Shown: in pieces, positions 50,854 through 61,805 of the stretch
Layout: the number at the start of each line of letters is the position of its first letter
Numbering within the stretch: the first letter of the stretch is position 1
Assembly (NCBI GenBank): GCA_965204375.1
Contig: OZ241986.1
Coordinates: forward strand, 1,792,001 to 1,856,000
DNA length: 64,000 nucleotides
Reading direction: 5' to 3'
From: Candidatus Latescibacterota bacterium
GTDB lineage: Bacteria; Latescibacterota; UBA2968
The notes under the pieces: model-generated
Told to the model about the DNA's origin: nothing
Databases searched by the model: none
What the model saw: only the letters and a program-made list of their open reading frames with translations
Translations under genes and position numbers: made by a program

Positions 50854-50970
50854 GGTAAAATCCGCAGAAATTGGCGGGAGATAAACATCGGTAAGCGCGT
50901 CTTTTTTTCAGAGGTAAAAAGCCGTATATTCCGTTGATCGTTAAACTCATTTTTTTAAAAAAGGTTCCTC

Positions 50971-52245
50971 ATGCGCTTGCGCCGGTATGTGATATCCGAA
51001 CTGATAATGCCGTTTTTATTTAGTTTTACCGTGATCATATTTCTTCTCGTCATCGATCTCATTTTGCAAATGCTCGACCACATTCTGGGAAAAGGCGTAC
51101 CCATAGGTGTGGTTTTTGAGTTGTTTTTTTTGAACACGGCCTGGATGATTGCCCTCGCCGTTCCGATGGCTGTGCTGGTCAGTACCCTGCTGGCATTTGG
51201 TCGCTTGAGTGCCGCGGGTGAAATTGTGGCCATGCGCGCATTGGGCATTGGGATTCATCAGGTTGTTGTGCCGGTTCTGCTTGTCGCCGCGCTGCTGGGA
51301 ATTGGGCTGGTAATTTTTAATGATCGCATTTTGCCCGAATTTAATCACCGCGCCCGCGTTTTGATGACAGATATTCACCGCAAACGCCCCGCGGTTGCAC
51401 TCGCCGACAAAGCCGGTGTAATGATTGGCGATTTCAAAAATTACCAGATTTTATTTGATCGCGCCGATGCAGGAGGAAATATACTCCATGACGTACTGGT
51501 ATATAGTTTTAATAGCGATGGATTTCCCGAAACAGCGGTTGCCGATTCGGGCGTTGTCGAATTTGACGAAGCGCGAGACGAGGCCCTGCTCTATCTCTTT
51601 AATGGGGAAATGCACCGCATTGATCCAGACGATCCCACAGTCTATGCGCTCACAACATTTGCCAAATCCAGATTGCGGCTCGGAGATGCGGGCCAACAGT
51701 TGTCGCGGTCGTCATCGGCATATCGCAATGATCGAGAAATGGATATCGCCACCATGCAGCATAAAATTGCACAGTACGAAAGCGAATTACATCAGGCGAA
51801 AGTCAAAAGAGCAAATCTCCTGAATGCGTTTGTGCGCGACGTGTTAATAGATTCTACAGATACGAAACCCGTGCAGTCGCTGCGCGCTGTATTGGGGCGC
51901 GTGGCAGCCGATACGCGAATTGCACGCCATAAGTTGAGAGCAGCAGACCGGTTGCGCGTGGAGGTACACAAAAAATTTTCAATTCCCGCAGCCTGTGTGG
52001 CATTCGTGCTGGTGGGCGCGCCAATCGGCGTGTGGGCGCGCAGTAGCAATGTGGCAATTGGCGCGGCGATCAGCATTGGCTTTTTTTTGATATGGTGGAT
52101 TTTTCTCATCGGCGGTGAAAAACTGGCTGACCGCGGGGTGCTCATGCCCTGGTTTGCGATGTGGATACCCAATGTATTGACCGCCCTCGTCGGCGTTGTC
52201 CTATCTGCTCGTATTATCTGCGAGTGGGGCGTAAAAAGGAGATAG
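50971..52245 (+). CDS. lptF: LptF/LptG-family LPS export permease (LptF position)
   Basis: AVPMAVLVSTLLAFGRLSAAGEIVAMRALG, EVHKKFSIP, AMWIPN. Confidence 0.85.
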   Translation: MRLRRYVISELIMPFLFSFTVIIFLLVIDLILQMLDHILGKGVPIGVVFELFFLNTAWMIALAVPMAVLVSTLLAFGRLSAAGEIVAMRALGIGIHQVVVPVLLVAALLGIGLVIFNDRILPEFNHRARVLMTDIHRKRPAVALADKAGVMIGDFKNYQILFDRADAGGNILHDVLVYSFNSDGFPETAVADSGVVEFDEARDEALLYLFNGEMHRIDPDDPTVYALTTFAKSRLRLGDAGQQLSRSSSAYRNDREMDIATMQHKIAQYESELHQAKVKRANLLNAFVRDVLIDSTDTKPVQSLRAVLGRVAADTRIARHKLRAADRLRVEVHKKFSIPAACVAFVLVGAPIGVWARSSNVAIGAAISIGFFLIWWIFLIGGEKLADRGVLMPWFAMWIPNVLTALVGVVLSARIICEWGVKRR

Positions 52246-52247
52246 CC

Positions 52248-53318
52248 GTGCGTATTTTGAGCCGCTATGTCGTCGTCCAATTTACAATGCCCTTTGGCGT
52301 CAGCTTGCTGGCTTTTACCGTTGTTTTTGTCGTAATTGATCTGGTGGATCGCCTCAGCGCGTTTATAGACCGCGAAGTCAGCCTGGGAACAATTTTATAT
52401 TATTATTTCTGCTATATGCCCTATATTGTCGTCCTCGTGCTTCCAATGGCGGTCTTACTCGCGGGATTGTTCTGCATGGGCGGGCTGATACAGCGCGGGG
52501 AATTGCTGGCAATGAAAAGTGCCGGCATAAGTCTTTATCAAGTCGTGATTCCATTGCAAATACTGGCCCTTGGAATCAGTATTTTGGCCGCTATAATGGC
52601 AGATCAAGTCGTGCCGCGTGCAAATCGGGCGCGATCGAAAATCGAGCAACCGCGCCGATCAGCAGTCGGGCCTCAGTCCATCCGCGTGCAAATCGCGCTG
52701 CGAGATACGGGCAGGCGCGTTTTGTCAATGAGAGAATACGACGCCAAAGCCATGAAAGGACGGCAGGTGGTGCTCGACAAATATAAAGCCGGGTCACTCA
52801 CAGAGCGCGTTCGCGCCGAAGAAGCTGTTTGGACCACCGCAGAATGGCATTTTATGAACGGTGATCGGCGCGTATTTTCAGATGGAAAAGAATTTTATCG
52901 CGCATTTCGCGTGTGGGTGGCAAAAGATATAACACTAACGCCTGAAGACCTCGTACGCGATGTCGTGCCCGAAGATCAGATGACGTATTCTGAACTGACG
53001 GATTTTATCCATCGCAAATCGCGTAACGGCAGCCAGACGCTTCGAGAATCTGTGGCACTTCACCTGCGTTTGGCATTTCCATTTGCGAACTTCGTTATCG
53101 CCCTTTTTGGCCTGCCTCTGGCTTCTCGCATGCAGCGGACGGGACGTCCCATCCAAATTGGCATGTGCTTGCTAATCTGCTTTGCATTTTACGGATGCAT
53201 TCAACTCGGACGCGCCATGGGTTGGAACGACGTGCTATCCCCTGCATGGGGTGCCTGGGGGGCAAATGCGATCTTTGGCGCAATCGGGATTATCACGCTC
53301 CTCACAACGCGGAAATAG
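52248..53318 (+). CDS. lptG: LptF/LptG-family LPS export permease (LptG position)
   Basis: GTG start reading RILSRY; GELLAMKSAGISL, RLAFPFA, GAWGAN. Confidence 0.85.
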   Translation: MRILSRYVVVQFTMPFGVSLLAFTVVFVVIDLVDRLSAFIDREVSLGTILYYYFCYMPYIVVLVLPMAVLLAGLFCMGGLIQRGELLAMKSAGISLYQVVIPLQILALGISILAAIMADQVVPRANRARSKIEQPRRSAVGPQSIRVQIALRDTGRRVLSMREYDAKAMKGRQVVLDKYKAGSLTERVRAEEAVWTTAEWHFMNGDRRVFSDGKEFYRAFRVWVAKDITLTPEDLVRDVVPEDQMTYSELTDFIHRKSRNGSQTLRESVALHLRLAFPFANFVIALFGLPLASRMQRTGRPIQIGMCLLICFAFYGCIQLGRAMGWNDVLSPAWGAWGANAIFGAIGIITLLTTRK

Positions 53319-53345
53319 TTAACACCTTAACATTCGAGGATCCAC

Positions 53346-54797
53346 ATGAAATACAATATTCTCCTGATGATCTCCGATCAGCACAGCAAATATCACATTG
53401 GCGCTTACGGAGACCCCCTCGTGCGCACGCCCCATCTCGACCAACTCGCAGAAAACGGTATGCGCTTTACCAGCGCGTATTGCGCCTCACCCGTTTGCGT
53501 ACCCAGCCGCATGTCATTTATGACGTGTCGCATGCCTTCGGCCAATCGCGTGTGGAACAACAATCACCTGCTGCATTCGGGCATTCCCACCTGGGCACAT
53601 GCCATGGGACTCGCCGGGTATGAAACATCGCTTATTGGGCGGATGCACTTCAACGGACACGACCAGCGACACGGCTTTGAAAATCGTCCCTTCGGCGAAT
53701 ACGGTGCCACACACCCGGGTGCAAACAGGCAGGGCGCGCCCCTCTTCAAAAGCATTTCAACGGCGACCACCGGACAAAATCGCACGGCCGTCGAAGTTGC
53801 CGGACGGGGATATGGCTCATATCACGTTTTTGACGAAATGGTCGCGGAAAGAACCAGCGCGTATTTGCGCGACAAAGCGAAAAATCCCGGCGACCGCCCC
53901 TTTGCTGCCGTGGCGGGATTTCTCTTGCCTCACTGTCCCTTCATTGCTCACAAAGAGCTTTTTGATTATTATTACGAACGCGTAGATATCCCCCAACACA
54001 CGCCCAATGAACCCGAAGCCATTCGCAAATTCAAACAGCTTCGCGGCCTCTATCCCCCCCTTGACGAAGAACGCATCCGCGTTGCTCGCGCCGCTTATTT
54101 TGGCATGTGCGAATACCTCGACCTGCAAATCGGGCACATCCTTCAAACCCTGCGAGAAACGGGCCTTGACCGCAACACTCTGGTCATTTATTGCTCGGAC
54201 CACGGCGAAATGGCCGGGGAACACGGCTGCTGGTGGAAAAGTAGTTACTACGAAGGCTCTGTCGGCGTTCCCCTCATCGCAAGCCTCCCCGGCGTGATCG
54301 CGCCAAACGCGGAAAACAACCAGATATGTAATCTGATGGACATTGGTCCCACCCTACTCGACATGGCAGATGGAAATCCCATGCCGGACATTCACGGACA
54401 CTCGCTCTGGCCGCTGCTCGCGGGGCGAGATGCTGGCGATCATCCCAATGAAACATTCAGCGAACACCTGGGGATAGAACGCACGCCTTCGTGTATGATT
54501 CGAACGGGTCCCTGGAAATGTTACACATATCACGACGATACCGCGCCCGTCCTCTACAACCTCAAAGACGATCCCAATGAAATGCACAATCTGGGCAGCG
54601 ATTCCAATCATGAACACATCCGCGACCGCCTCATATCCCGCATTTTTGAACATTGGGATCCCGAGTATGTACTCAGAGAATGCGCGGATATCGACCGCGA
54701 TATACGCCTGATTACCCGCTGGGGACAAACCATTCAACCCACCTTGCCCGACAGCGTCCCGGTACCCGATGATGCCGAAGATATTGAATGTTTGTGA
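53346..54797 (+). CDS. Sulfatase (choline-sulfatase-like)
   Basis: NILLMISDQH, CVPSR (CxPxR), GRMH, SDHGEM. Confidence 0.92.
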   Translation: MKYNILLMISDQHSKYHIGAYGDPLVRTPHLDQLAENGMRFTSAYCASPVCVPSRMSFMTCRMPSANRVWNNNHLLHSGIPTWAHAMGLAGYETSLIGRMHFNGHDQRHGFENRPFGEYGATHPGANRQGAPLFKSISTATTGQNRTAVEVAGRGYGSYHVFDEMVAERTSAYLRDKAKNPGDRPFAAVAGFLLPHCPFIAHKELFDYYYERVDIPQHTPNEPEAIRKFKQLRGLYPPLDEERIRVARAAYFGMCEYLDLQIGHILQTLRETGLDRNTLVIYCSDHGEMAGEHGCWWKSSYYEGSVGVPLIASLPGVIAPNAENNQICNLMDIGPTLLDMADGNPMPDIHGHSLWPLLAGRDAGDHPNETFSEHLGIERTPSCMIRTGPWKCYTYHDDTAPVLYNLKDDPNEMHNLGSDSNHEHIRDRLISRIFEHWDPEYVLRECADIDRDIRLITRWGQTIQPTLPDSVPVPDDAEDIECL

Positions 54798-54941
54798 AGC
54801 TAACCGCTAATCGCTTTTGTTTTTAAGTGACAAATGATTCTTTTTTACTTTACTTTAACACCCTTGAATTATCCGTTGTCGCATTATACCACCTTTTTAG
54901 CTGAATAGTTTTTCGAGCTATTTTTACAGAGGGCATATTTT

Positions 54942-57749
54942 ATGCAACGCAAGTTTTTAATCCCAACCATATTTGTCATTGTCATCGGACTCGCGTGGTT
55001 ATCATCCTATTACACCGACTGGCTGTGGTTCTCGAGTCTCGATTTTCAGGCTGTCTTCTGGACCACCTTGAAAGCGCGTTTCCTCTCCGGCATATTTTAC
55101 GGTCTTATTGCCGCTGTAGTTATTGGTATCAACCTCCATTATGTCGGCCGGTTCACCCGCTCCGCGCTCGAAGCAGATGCCTCACTTTACGAAGGTGAAA
55201 TGCCCGGCGCAAGCCTGCTGCGCTCAAATACTGGCTATATGTTAATCGCCGCTGTCCTCGTCCTCATTATGGGCAATGTCGGCTCCTCCCAGTGGCCCAC
55301 CCTGTTGCGTTACTGGTACGGCGGATCATTTGGCACTTCCGATCCCCTCTTTGGACGCGACGTTGGATTTTATGTCTTTGATTTGCCCTTTTACCAGTTT
55401 ACAGTCGGTTTTCTCATCGGCACAGTAATCGTATCAGCCCTGGCATCCGGGGTTATTTACATGGCCACAGGCGGTATTAGCCTGCAAGAACGCATTCAGG
55501 TCATGCCGCGCCCCGTCGCACACCTGTCTGCCCTTGCCGGGCTATTCTTGCTGTTTTCGGCTATCAATTATTACCTCAAAATCTACGGCTTACTCTATTC
55601 TCCTGGCGATGTCTTTTTCGGTGCAGGATTTGTCGATGTCAATGTCCAACGCTGGATATATTGGCTCCTCATAATAGCCTTTATCGCAACTGGCATCATG
55701 CTCTTGCGAAATATCAAAGCGCGTGAAGCGCGCCCACTTCTCATCGGTGTTGGCGTCTTTCTCGTTGGAACCATCGGGCTGGGCAGTATCCCGGGTGCAA
55801 TTGTGCAAAAACTCATCGTAGATCCCACTGAACTCCAGCGCGAAACCCCCTACATCAAAAACAACATCGAATTCACGCGAAAAGCATACGCACTCGACAG
55901 GATCGTGGAACAACCTTTTGAGGCATCCGAAAATCTCACCGCAGCAGACATCGCCGCCAATCCTTTGACCATTCGCAACATTCGCATCTGGGACGAACGC
56001 CCAATGGTGCAAACCTATCAGCAAGTCCAGGAAATTCGCCCCTATTATGTCTTTCCCAGCGTTGATGTTGATCGCTATACCGTTGACGGCGTTTACCGCC
56101 AGGTGATGCTCTCAGGACGCGAACTCGACACCAATCGCCTGCCTGCTCAGGCTCGCAACTGGGTCAATGAAACCCTGCAATATACACACGGATACGGCGT
56201 TGCCATGAGCCCGGTTACGCACGTCACGCCCGAGGGTTTACCTGCGTTTATGATCAAAGATATTCCCCCGGTGTCCGACTGGGCAGAGCTACAAATTTCC
56301 CGACCGGAAATCTACTATGGCGAACGCACCTACGGCAACGTAGTCGTCAAAACCAGTGCCGAAGAATTTGACTATCCCCAGCGCGATGGCAATGCGTTTA
56401 CCACCTATGAAGGCAATGGCGGAGTGCCCATGGGCAGTTTCATCAACCGCCTGGCATTTACCATTCGCATGATGGATCCCAATTTGCTCTTGAGTACCTA
56501 CATCCTGTCTGAGAGCAAAATTATGTACCATCGGCAGATCGCCCAGCGGGCACGCGAGATCGCACCTTTCCTCTTCTTCGACTCCGACCCCTATCTCGTT
56601 ATCTCCGAAGGCCGTCTGTACTGGATATTAGATGCGTACACAACCACCAACATGTATCCCTATTCCAAACGCATGGGCCGGTCGCAGATCAACTACATCC
56701 GCAACTCGGTCAAGGTCGTTATGGATGCCTATCACGGTTCCGTCACCTTTTATCAGGCTGAAGATGAACCCGTGATTGCCGCTTATGCCGCGATATTCCC
56801 CACCCTGTTCAAGTCAATTGACACTATGCCTGCTGATTTGCGCGCCCATGTGCGGTATCCCGTCGATCTCTTCCGCATTCAAGCGACGATGTACCGCGAA
56901 TATCACATGCAAGAAGTACAGGTGTTTTACAACCAAGAAGACCTGTGGGAAATTCCAAATGAGATCTACGGCCAAAACGACCGCACACAGCCGATGGAGC
57001 CGTATTATATCATCGTCAAGTTCCCCGGTGAACAACGCGAAGAATTTCTGCTGCTCGTGCCCTTCACACCCGCCCAAAAAGACAACATGATCGGTTGGCT
57101 GGCCGCCCGATGCGATGGAGAAAACTACGGCGACTTGCTGGTCTATCTCTTGCCCAAAGAAAAACTCATCTTTGGTCCAATGCAGCTCGAAGCACGCATC
57201 GACCAGCAACCAGATATATCGAGCCAACTCACCCTTTGGGGACAGGGCGGCTCCGAAGTCATTCGCGGCAACCTTCTGGCCGTACCCATCGAATCGTCTT
57301 TCCTATACGTTGAACCCATCTACCTGCAAGCCCGTCAGGAATCCAATCAATTGCCACAACAGGGTTTTGAAGGCGAAGGCGGTGGACAGCCCCAGCAAGG
57401 ACAACCACCGCGTCAACTCCAGCAAAGCACGGCCATCCCCGAACTCAAGCAAGTAATCGTCGCCTTTGGCGGACAGGTCATCATGCGCGATACATTTGAA
57501 CAGGCCCTCAACGAACTATTTGGCTCTGGTGCGGGAAAAACCCTGGAATCCCCAGGTTCCGAAGAAACATCCGAGACCACATCAGAACAACCCACTGAAC
57601 GCACCGCAGCAGCGTTGGCTTCAGAAGCAGATGTGCAATTCCAGCGCGTGCGGGAATCACTTCAAAAGTGGGATTGGACAACCGCGGGTGAGGCGATGAA
57701 GCAGTTGGAACAATCGATTCTCGAATTGAAAAAGACACTGGAGCAATAA
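54942..57749 (+). CDS. UPF0182 family membrane protein
   Basis: YTDWLWF, DPLFGRDVGFYVF, NIRIWD, DVDRY, YTHGYG, NYIRNSVK, GNLLAVP, YVEPIY. Confidence 0.93.
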   Translation: MQRKFLIPTIFVIVIGLAWLSSYYTDWLWFSSLDFQAVFWTTLKARFLSGIFYGLIAAVVIGINLHYVGRFTRSALEADASLYEGEMPGASLLRSNTGYMLIAAVLVLIMGNVGSSQWPTLLRYWYGGSFGTSDPLFGRDVGFYVFDLPFYQFTVGFLIGTVIVSALASGVIYMATGGISLQERIQVMPRPVAHLSALAGLFLLFSAINYYLKIYGLLYSPGDVFFGAGFVDVNVQRWIYWLLIIAFIATGIMLLRNIKAREARPLLIGVGVFLVGTIGLGSIPGAIVQKLIVDPTELQRETPYIKNNIEFTRKAYALDRIVEQPFEASENLTAADIAANPLTIRNIRIWDERPMVQTYQQVQEIRPYYVFPSVDVDRYTVDGVYRQVMLSGRELDTNRLPAQARNWVNETLQYTHGYGVAMSPVTHVTPEGLPAFMIKDIPPVSDWAELQISRPEIYYGERTYGNVVVKTSAEEFDYPQRDGNAFTTYEGNGGVPMGSFINRLAFTIRMMDPNLLLSTYILSESKIMYHRQIAQRAREIAPFLFFDSDPYLVISEGRLYWILDAYTTTNMYPYSKRMGRSQINYIRNSVKVVMDAYHGSVTFYQAEDEPVIAAYAAIFPTLFKSIDTMPADLRAHVRYPVDLFRIQATMYREYHMQEVQVFYNQEDLWEIPNEIYGQNDRTQPMEPYYIIVKFPGEQREEFLLLVPFTPAQKDNMIGWLAARCDGENYGDLLVYLLPKEKLIFGPMQLEARIDQQPDISSQLTLWGQGGSEVIRGNLLAVPIESSFLYVEPIYLQARQESNQLPQQGFEGEGGGQPQQGQPPRQLQQSTAIPELKQVIVAFGGQVIMRDTFEQALNELFGSGAGKTLESPGSEETSETTSEQPTERTAAALASEADVQFQRVRESLQKWDWTTAGEAMKQLEQSILELKKTLEQ

Positions 57750-57774
57750 TCGTTCCACCCACTTTGCCCGATTC

Positions 57775-57816
57775 AAACATGGATAGGCGGAATAATTCTG
57801 TCTATCCGTGTTTTTT
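57775..57816 (+). terminator. Intrinsic terminator
   Basis: ACATGGATAGGCGGAA-TAA-TTCTGTCTATCCGTGT followed by a T-tract. Confidence 0.75.
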
Positions 57817-57839
57817 AGGGCTTTACAGAAAGGAAAAAA

Positions 57840-58817
57840 ATGGCCGTAAAAGTCGGATTTATCGGAACTGGCGGCATTTCACGCCCCCACCGAAAACATC
57901 TCAAAAATATGGATGATGTAGAAGTGGTCGCAATGTGTGACCTCGAAGAAGACCGCGTCGCAGAAGCCGCCGAAGAATGGAACGCAACTGTCTATACAGA
58001 TTACAAAACAATGCTCGAAAACGAAGAAATGGACGCGCTGTACGTATGCATCCCGCCCTTTGCACACGAAGAACAGGAAATCATGGCCGCCGAAAAAGGC
58101 ATTGCCCTCTTCGTAGAAAAACCCGTATCCGTCACAATGGAAAAAGCCCGCGAAGTCGATGCGGCCATTCGCAAAAACAACGTGGTATCGTGCGTTGGAT
58201 TTCAAGGACGCTATTTAGACATTATCGCACAGACAAAAGACCTGCTCAAAGACCGTCTCGTTGGTATGGCAATGGGATACTGGATGGGAGGAATGCCGCA
58301 AGTGCCCTGGTGGCGACGCAAAGAAATGTCGGGTGGCCAGGCCGTTGAGCAAACCATTCACGTCACCGACATGGCGCGGTATCTCTTTGGCGAAGTAAAA
58401 TCCGTCTATGCGGCGGGGCGCACGGGTTTAATGACCGATGTGCCCGACTACAACATTGAAGACAGCAGCGCAGCCACGCTCGTCTTTGAAAACGGCCTTG
58501 CCGCCACTATCTTCTCCGCGTGTTTTCTATCGGGAGGACGAGGCAGAGGCGGTATTGACATCTTCACCAAAGACCTGAACATCGAATATCGCGAGCGCAG
58601 ATCCATCACCATCATTCAAAATGGCAATTCAGAACTGGTCGAAGTGCAAAACGATTTCTGGCAAGACATGGACAACGACTTTATAGATGCCGTGCGAAAA
58701 GGCGACGACTCCGCACTCAAAACCACGTACGCCGATGCCGTCAAAACACAGGAAGTCGTCATGGCCGTAAACCGCTCAATAGAAACGGGCGAAGTGGTTC
58801 AGATATCGGATATGTGA
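57840..58817 (+). CDS. Gfo/Idh/MocA family oxidoreductase
   Basis: VGFIGTGGI, FVEKP, SGGQAVEQTIH. Confidence 0.92.
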   Translation: MAVKVGFIGTGGISRPHRKHLKNMDDVEVVAMCDLEEDRVAEAAEEWNATVYTDYKTMLENEEMDALYVCIPPFAHEEQEIMAAEKGIALFVEKPVSVTMEKAREVDAAIRKNNVVSCVGFQGRYLDIIAQTKDLLKDRLVGMAMGYWMGGMPQVPWWRRKEMSGGQAVEQTIHVTDMARYLFGEVKSVYAAGRTGLMTDVPDYNIEDSSAATLVFENGLAATIFSACFLSGGRGRGGIDIFTKDLNIEYRERRSITIIQNGNSELVEVQNDFWQDMDNDFIDAVRKGDDSALKTTYADAVKTQEVVMAVNRSIETGEVVQISDM

Positions 58818-58824
58818 AGAATCA

Positions 58825-59961
58825 CTATAAAAACCGTTCAAGGCGATAGTGCCTCAAAAAATCTATTCGCGCACCATCCAAAATCTCAATCGCCGCGCAT
58901 TCGCCAATTAAAGGTGCGAGCGTAACCCCGCTGTGTGTCACAGACAAATAGAGATTGGGAACCCGTTGGGAAAATCCGAGAATGGGGTGTCCGTCCTTCG
59001 GAATTGGTCGTCGCCCGCGCCGCACCTCGCGCACGGGCACGCCTTCAATTGCCGGCAAAAAACGCGCCACAGCATCGACCACCCGCTGCACTTCTCGATC
59101 AGACTGCCCAAGCGAACCGCCATCGTACACGCGACCGTGCGCCCCACCGTGAAGCATCACCGAACCATTGGGCAACTGCCTGAAATTGGTCTGTGGAGGA
59201 CAATCGCGGGGCGAATGCACCACCGATACGGTTTCAAAAACAGGTGGCACAGGCTCTGTCAAAATCGTACATCCAAACGTGTAATACATCGGCACATCAA
59301 CATCTGCCATTGATGCGAGACTTGCCATATCTGCTCCCCCTGCAAGCACGACCGCATCACATGCGATCTCTCCCCTGTCCGTCACCACAGCCGCAATATC
59401 CGCCCCCGAACGCGCCAGCCCTGTGACGCGCGTCTGAAACAAAATATCTGCGCCCCACTCCTTTAACCGTTCAACACACGCCCCAACAACAGCCCCCGTA
59501 TCCGCGTGTCCTTCTATGTCCGTATAAGAAGCTGCCGTCACAACGCCCGGCTTCAAACGCGGCTCCAATGCTTCAACCTCCTCCCCATTCAACAGACGGA
59601 TGGGATATCCCCACGACTGCAAAACACCCGCGCGTCTCACAATTTCTCGCGCGCCGTCATCTGTAGAAGCCCACCGCAATTCACCGCCCCATGTCGCACT
59701 TTGTGGAATGCCCAGCCGCTCGACAAATCGCACCCACATATCCACTGAACGCCGGTTGAAAAGGTGATAATGTCTGGGATTTTTGTCGCGTGCGTTCATC
59801 CAAGCAAAAGATACAGCAGTTGCCGGTTGAATAGCTGATTTCTTCCCGGGTTCACCCGCATCAATCAGCGTGACCTTTGCATCGCGTCTCGCCAAGTGAA
59901 ACGCGATTGATGCCCCCACGATACCTGCACCAATCACAGCGATATTTGAAAAATTATTCAC
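58825..59961 (-). CDS. FAD-dependent oxidoreductase (DAO/glycine oxidase family)
   Basis: AVIGAGIVG, RPIPKDGHPILG, HSGVTLAP. Confidence 0.9.
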   Translation of the reverse strand: MNNFSNIAVIGAGIVGASIAFHLARRDAKVTLIDAGEPGKKSAIQPATAVSFAWMNARDKNPRHYHLFNRRSVDMWVRFVERLGIPQSATWGGELRWASTDDGAREIVRRAGVLQSWGYPIRLLNGEEVEALEPRLKPGVVTAASYTDIEGHADTGAVVGACVERLKEWGADILFQTRVTGLARSGADIAAVVTDRGEIACDAVVLAGGADMASLASMADVDVPMYYTFGCTILTEPVPPVFETVSVVHSPRDCPPQTNFRQLPNGSVMLHGGAHGRVYDGGSLGQSDREVQRVVDAVARFLPAIEGVPVREVRRGRRPIPKDGHPILGFSQRVPNLYLSVTHSGVTLAPLIGECAAIEILDGARIDFLRHYRLERFL

Positions 59962-59986
59962 TTGTCTTTCGCCTTTCAGCATACAG

Positions 59987-60019
59987 AAAACGGGTTCTCC
60001 TTAAAGGCGAACCCGTTTT
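59987..60019 (-). terminator. Hairpin/terminator after the amino-acid symporter
   Basis: AAAACGGGTTC..CC-TTAAA-GG..GAACCCGTTTT. Confidence 0.65.
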
Positions 60020-60038
60020 ATCTTTCCGCACAGCTCAA

Positions 60039-61580
60039 TTATTTGTACACCGTCAACTCACCCGCCTTGTAACGCCCCCAGTATTCTTTGAGCACCGCCT
60101 TGATTTGCGGGCTTAAGATAATGCCGCCGATAATATTCGGGAACGCCATCCCCAGGATCATCGCATCGGAGAAATCGAGCACATTCTTTAATGCCGTAAC
60201 AGCCCCGATAAACACAAAACACACAAAAATAATGCGATAAGCCAGAATGGATTTTATACCAAAAAGATATTCCCACGCTCGCTCGCCGTAATAAGACCAG
60301 GAGATCATCGTCGAATACGCAAAAAGCATTACGGCAAATGCGAGCACATAACGCGCCCCGGGGATAAACGAATCAAATGCCGCAGCCGTCATTTTAGCAC
60401 CCACGAGAGATTCACCCTGCTGAAACTCCAACTGATATGCACCTGTAATCATACAAACCAATGCCGTCATCGAACATATAATAACGGTATCGATAAAAGG
60501 TCCGATCATTGCAACTATCCCTTCACGCGCGGGCTCATCGGTCTGCGCTGCTGCGTGGGCAAATGCTGCAGAACCCAATCCCGCCTCATTTGAAAAAGCC
60601 GCCCTGCGTACCCCGTGAACCAGAACCCCCAGGAAGCCGCCATACATAGCTTCTGGCGTAAACGCCTGTGAAATAATATTCGCAATAAGCACAGGCACTT
60701 CAGTAATATGCGACAGAATAATCAAAATTGAAGTCAGAACATATAGTCCACACATAAAGGGCACAACGCGCGATGTCACATTGCCAATGCGCTTAATACC
60801 ACCAATAATGACAATAGCGACCATCGACGCCATAAAAAGCCCGATAACCCAGTTATATGTCTTAAATCCTTCGGCCACAGTACCGAGAATTTCAACCGTC
60901 TGATTTGCCTGAAACATATTACCGCCGCCCAGAGACCCGCCAATCGTCAACAGGGCAAAAAGGATGGCAAATGGACGCCCCAATGCCCGGAGACCTTTTC
61001 CTCCAAGACCGTGCTCCAGATAATACATCGGACCACCCGACACGCGGCCATCGGGGTGGATTTTTCTGTGCATAACCGCCAGCGTACAGGACGCTAACTT
61101 TGACGCCATACCAAAAAACGCCGAGACAATCATCCAGAAAACAGCACCGGGACCACCTGCACTCACAGCAATGGCAACGCCCGCGATATTCCCCAATCCC
61201 ACAGTTGCAGACAGCGCACTGGTCAATGCCTTAAAATGCGAAATTTCACCGGGATGATCGGGGTGATCATACCGCCCGCGAATCACATTGAGCGAATGCT
61301 TGAATCCGCGGAAAGTAATCCAACCAAAATAAAAAGAATAATAGACGCCACCCCCGACCAGCACAATAATGATCAGTGGCAAGCCCAGACCAAAATCAAA
61401 GAAAAAAATCGAAAACAGAAAATTGGCTGCAGCCCCCAGGTGTTCATTCAACGCCGCGATAAACATCTGTATCGCACCATCCGATTCATCCGACGATGCT
61501 TCCTGTGCAAATGCATAGCCGACCACAAACAGCCCCAGAAGCCAGGCAAACCAAAAAAACGTGCGATTCTTAAAAGACAT
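60039..61580 (-). CDS. Alanine/glycine:cation symporter (AGCS family)
   Basis: SATVGLGNIAGVA, GGPGAVFWM, GGPMYY, FSNEAGLGS, GPFIDT. Confidence 0.95.
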   Translation of the reverse strand: MSFKNRTFFWFAWLLGLFVVGYAFAQEASSDESDGAIQMFIAALNEHLGAAANFLFSIFFFDFGLGLPLIIIVLVGGGVYYSFYFGWITFRGFKHSLNVIRGRYDHPDHPGEISHFKALTSALSATVGLGNIAGVAIAVSAGGPGAVFWMIVSAFFGMASKLASCTLAVMHRKIHPDGRVSGGPMYYLEHGLGGKGLRALGRPFAILFALLTIGGSLGGGNMFQANQTVEILGTVAEGFKTYNWVIGLFMASMVAIVIIGGIKRIGNVTSRVVPFMCGLYVLTSILIILSHITEVPVLIANIISQAFTPEAMYGGFLGVLVHGVRRAAFSNEAGLGSAAFAHAAAQTDEPAREGIVAMIGPFIDTVIICSMTALVCMITGAYQLEFQQGESLVGAKMTAAAFDSFIPGARYVLAFAVMLFAYSTMISWSYYGERAWEYLFGIKSILAYRIIFVCFVFIGAVTALKNVLDFSDAMILGMAFPNIIGGIILSPQIKAVLKEYWGRYKAGELTVYK

Positions 61581-61805
61581 ATACACTCCTTTGTTTGGTG
61601 AGGCACCGTAAACGGACTTTCTCGCTTAAGTGCGGTTTTATATTCACCTGTGAAACACGGCGTGCGACTAACGGAAAACATAATACAAACAAAACGGGGG
61701 GATGTATAGCACTTTTACACCCTCCGTGACTTTCTCCTTGCACTTTCCCTTTGCGTTGAGCAGATTAAATATCCGGATAGAACAACCATACAGTATGGAA
61801 TACAC

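Noticed and set aside
61590-61800. Glycine or ZTP riboswitch
   Set aside because: No GGAGA/CCGAAG/CTCTCAGG motifs. The GCGACTAACGGA resemblance to ZTP lacks the downstream GCCTGGGC element.
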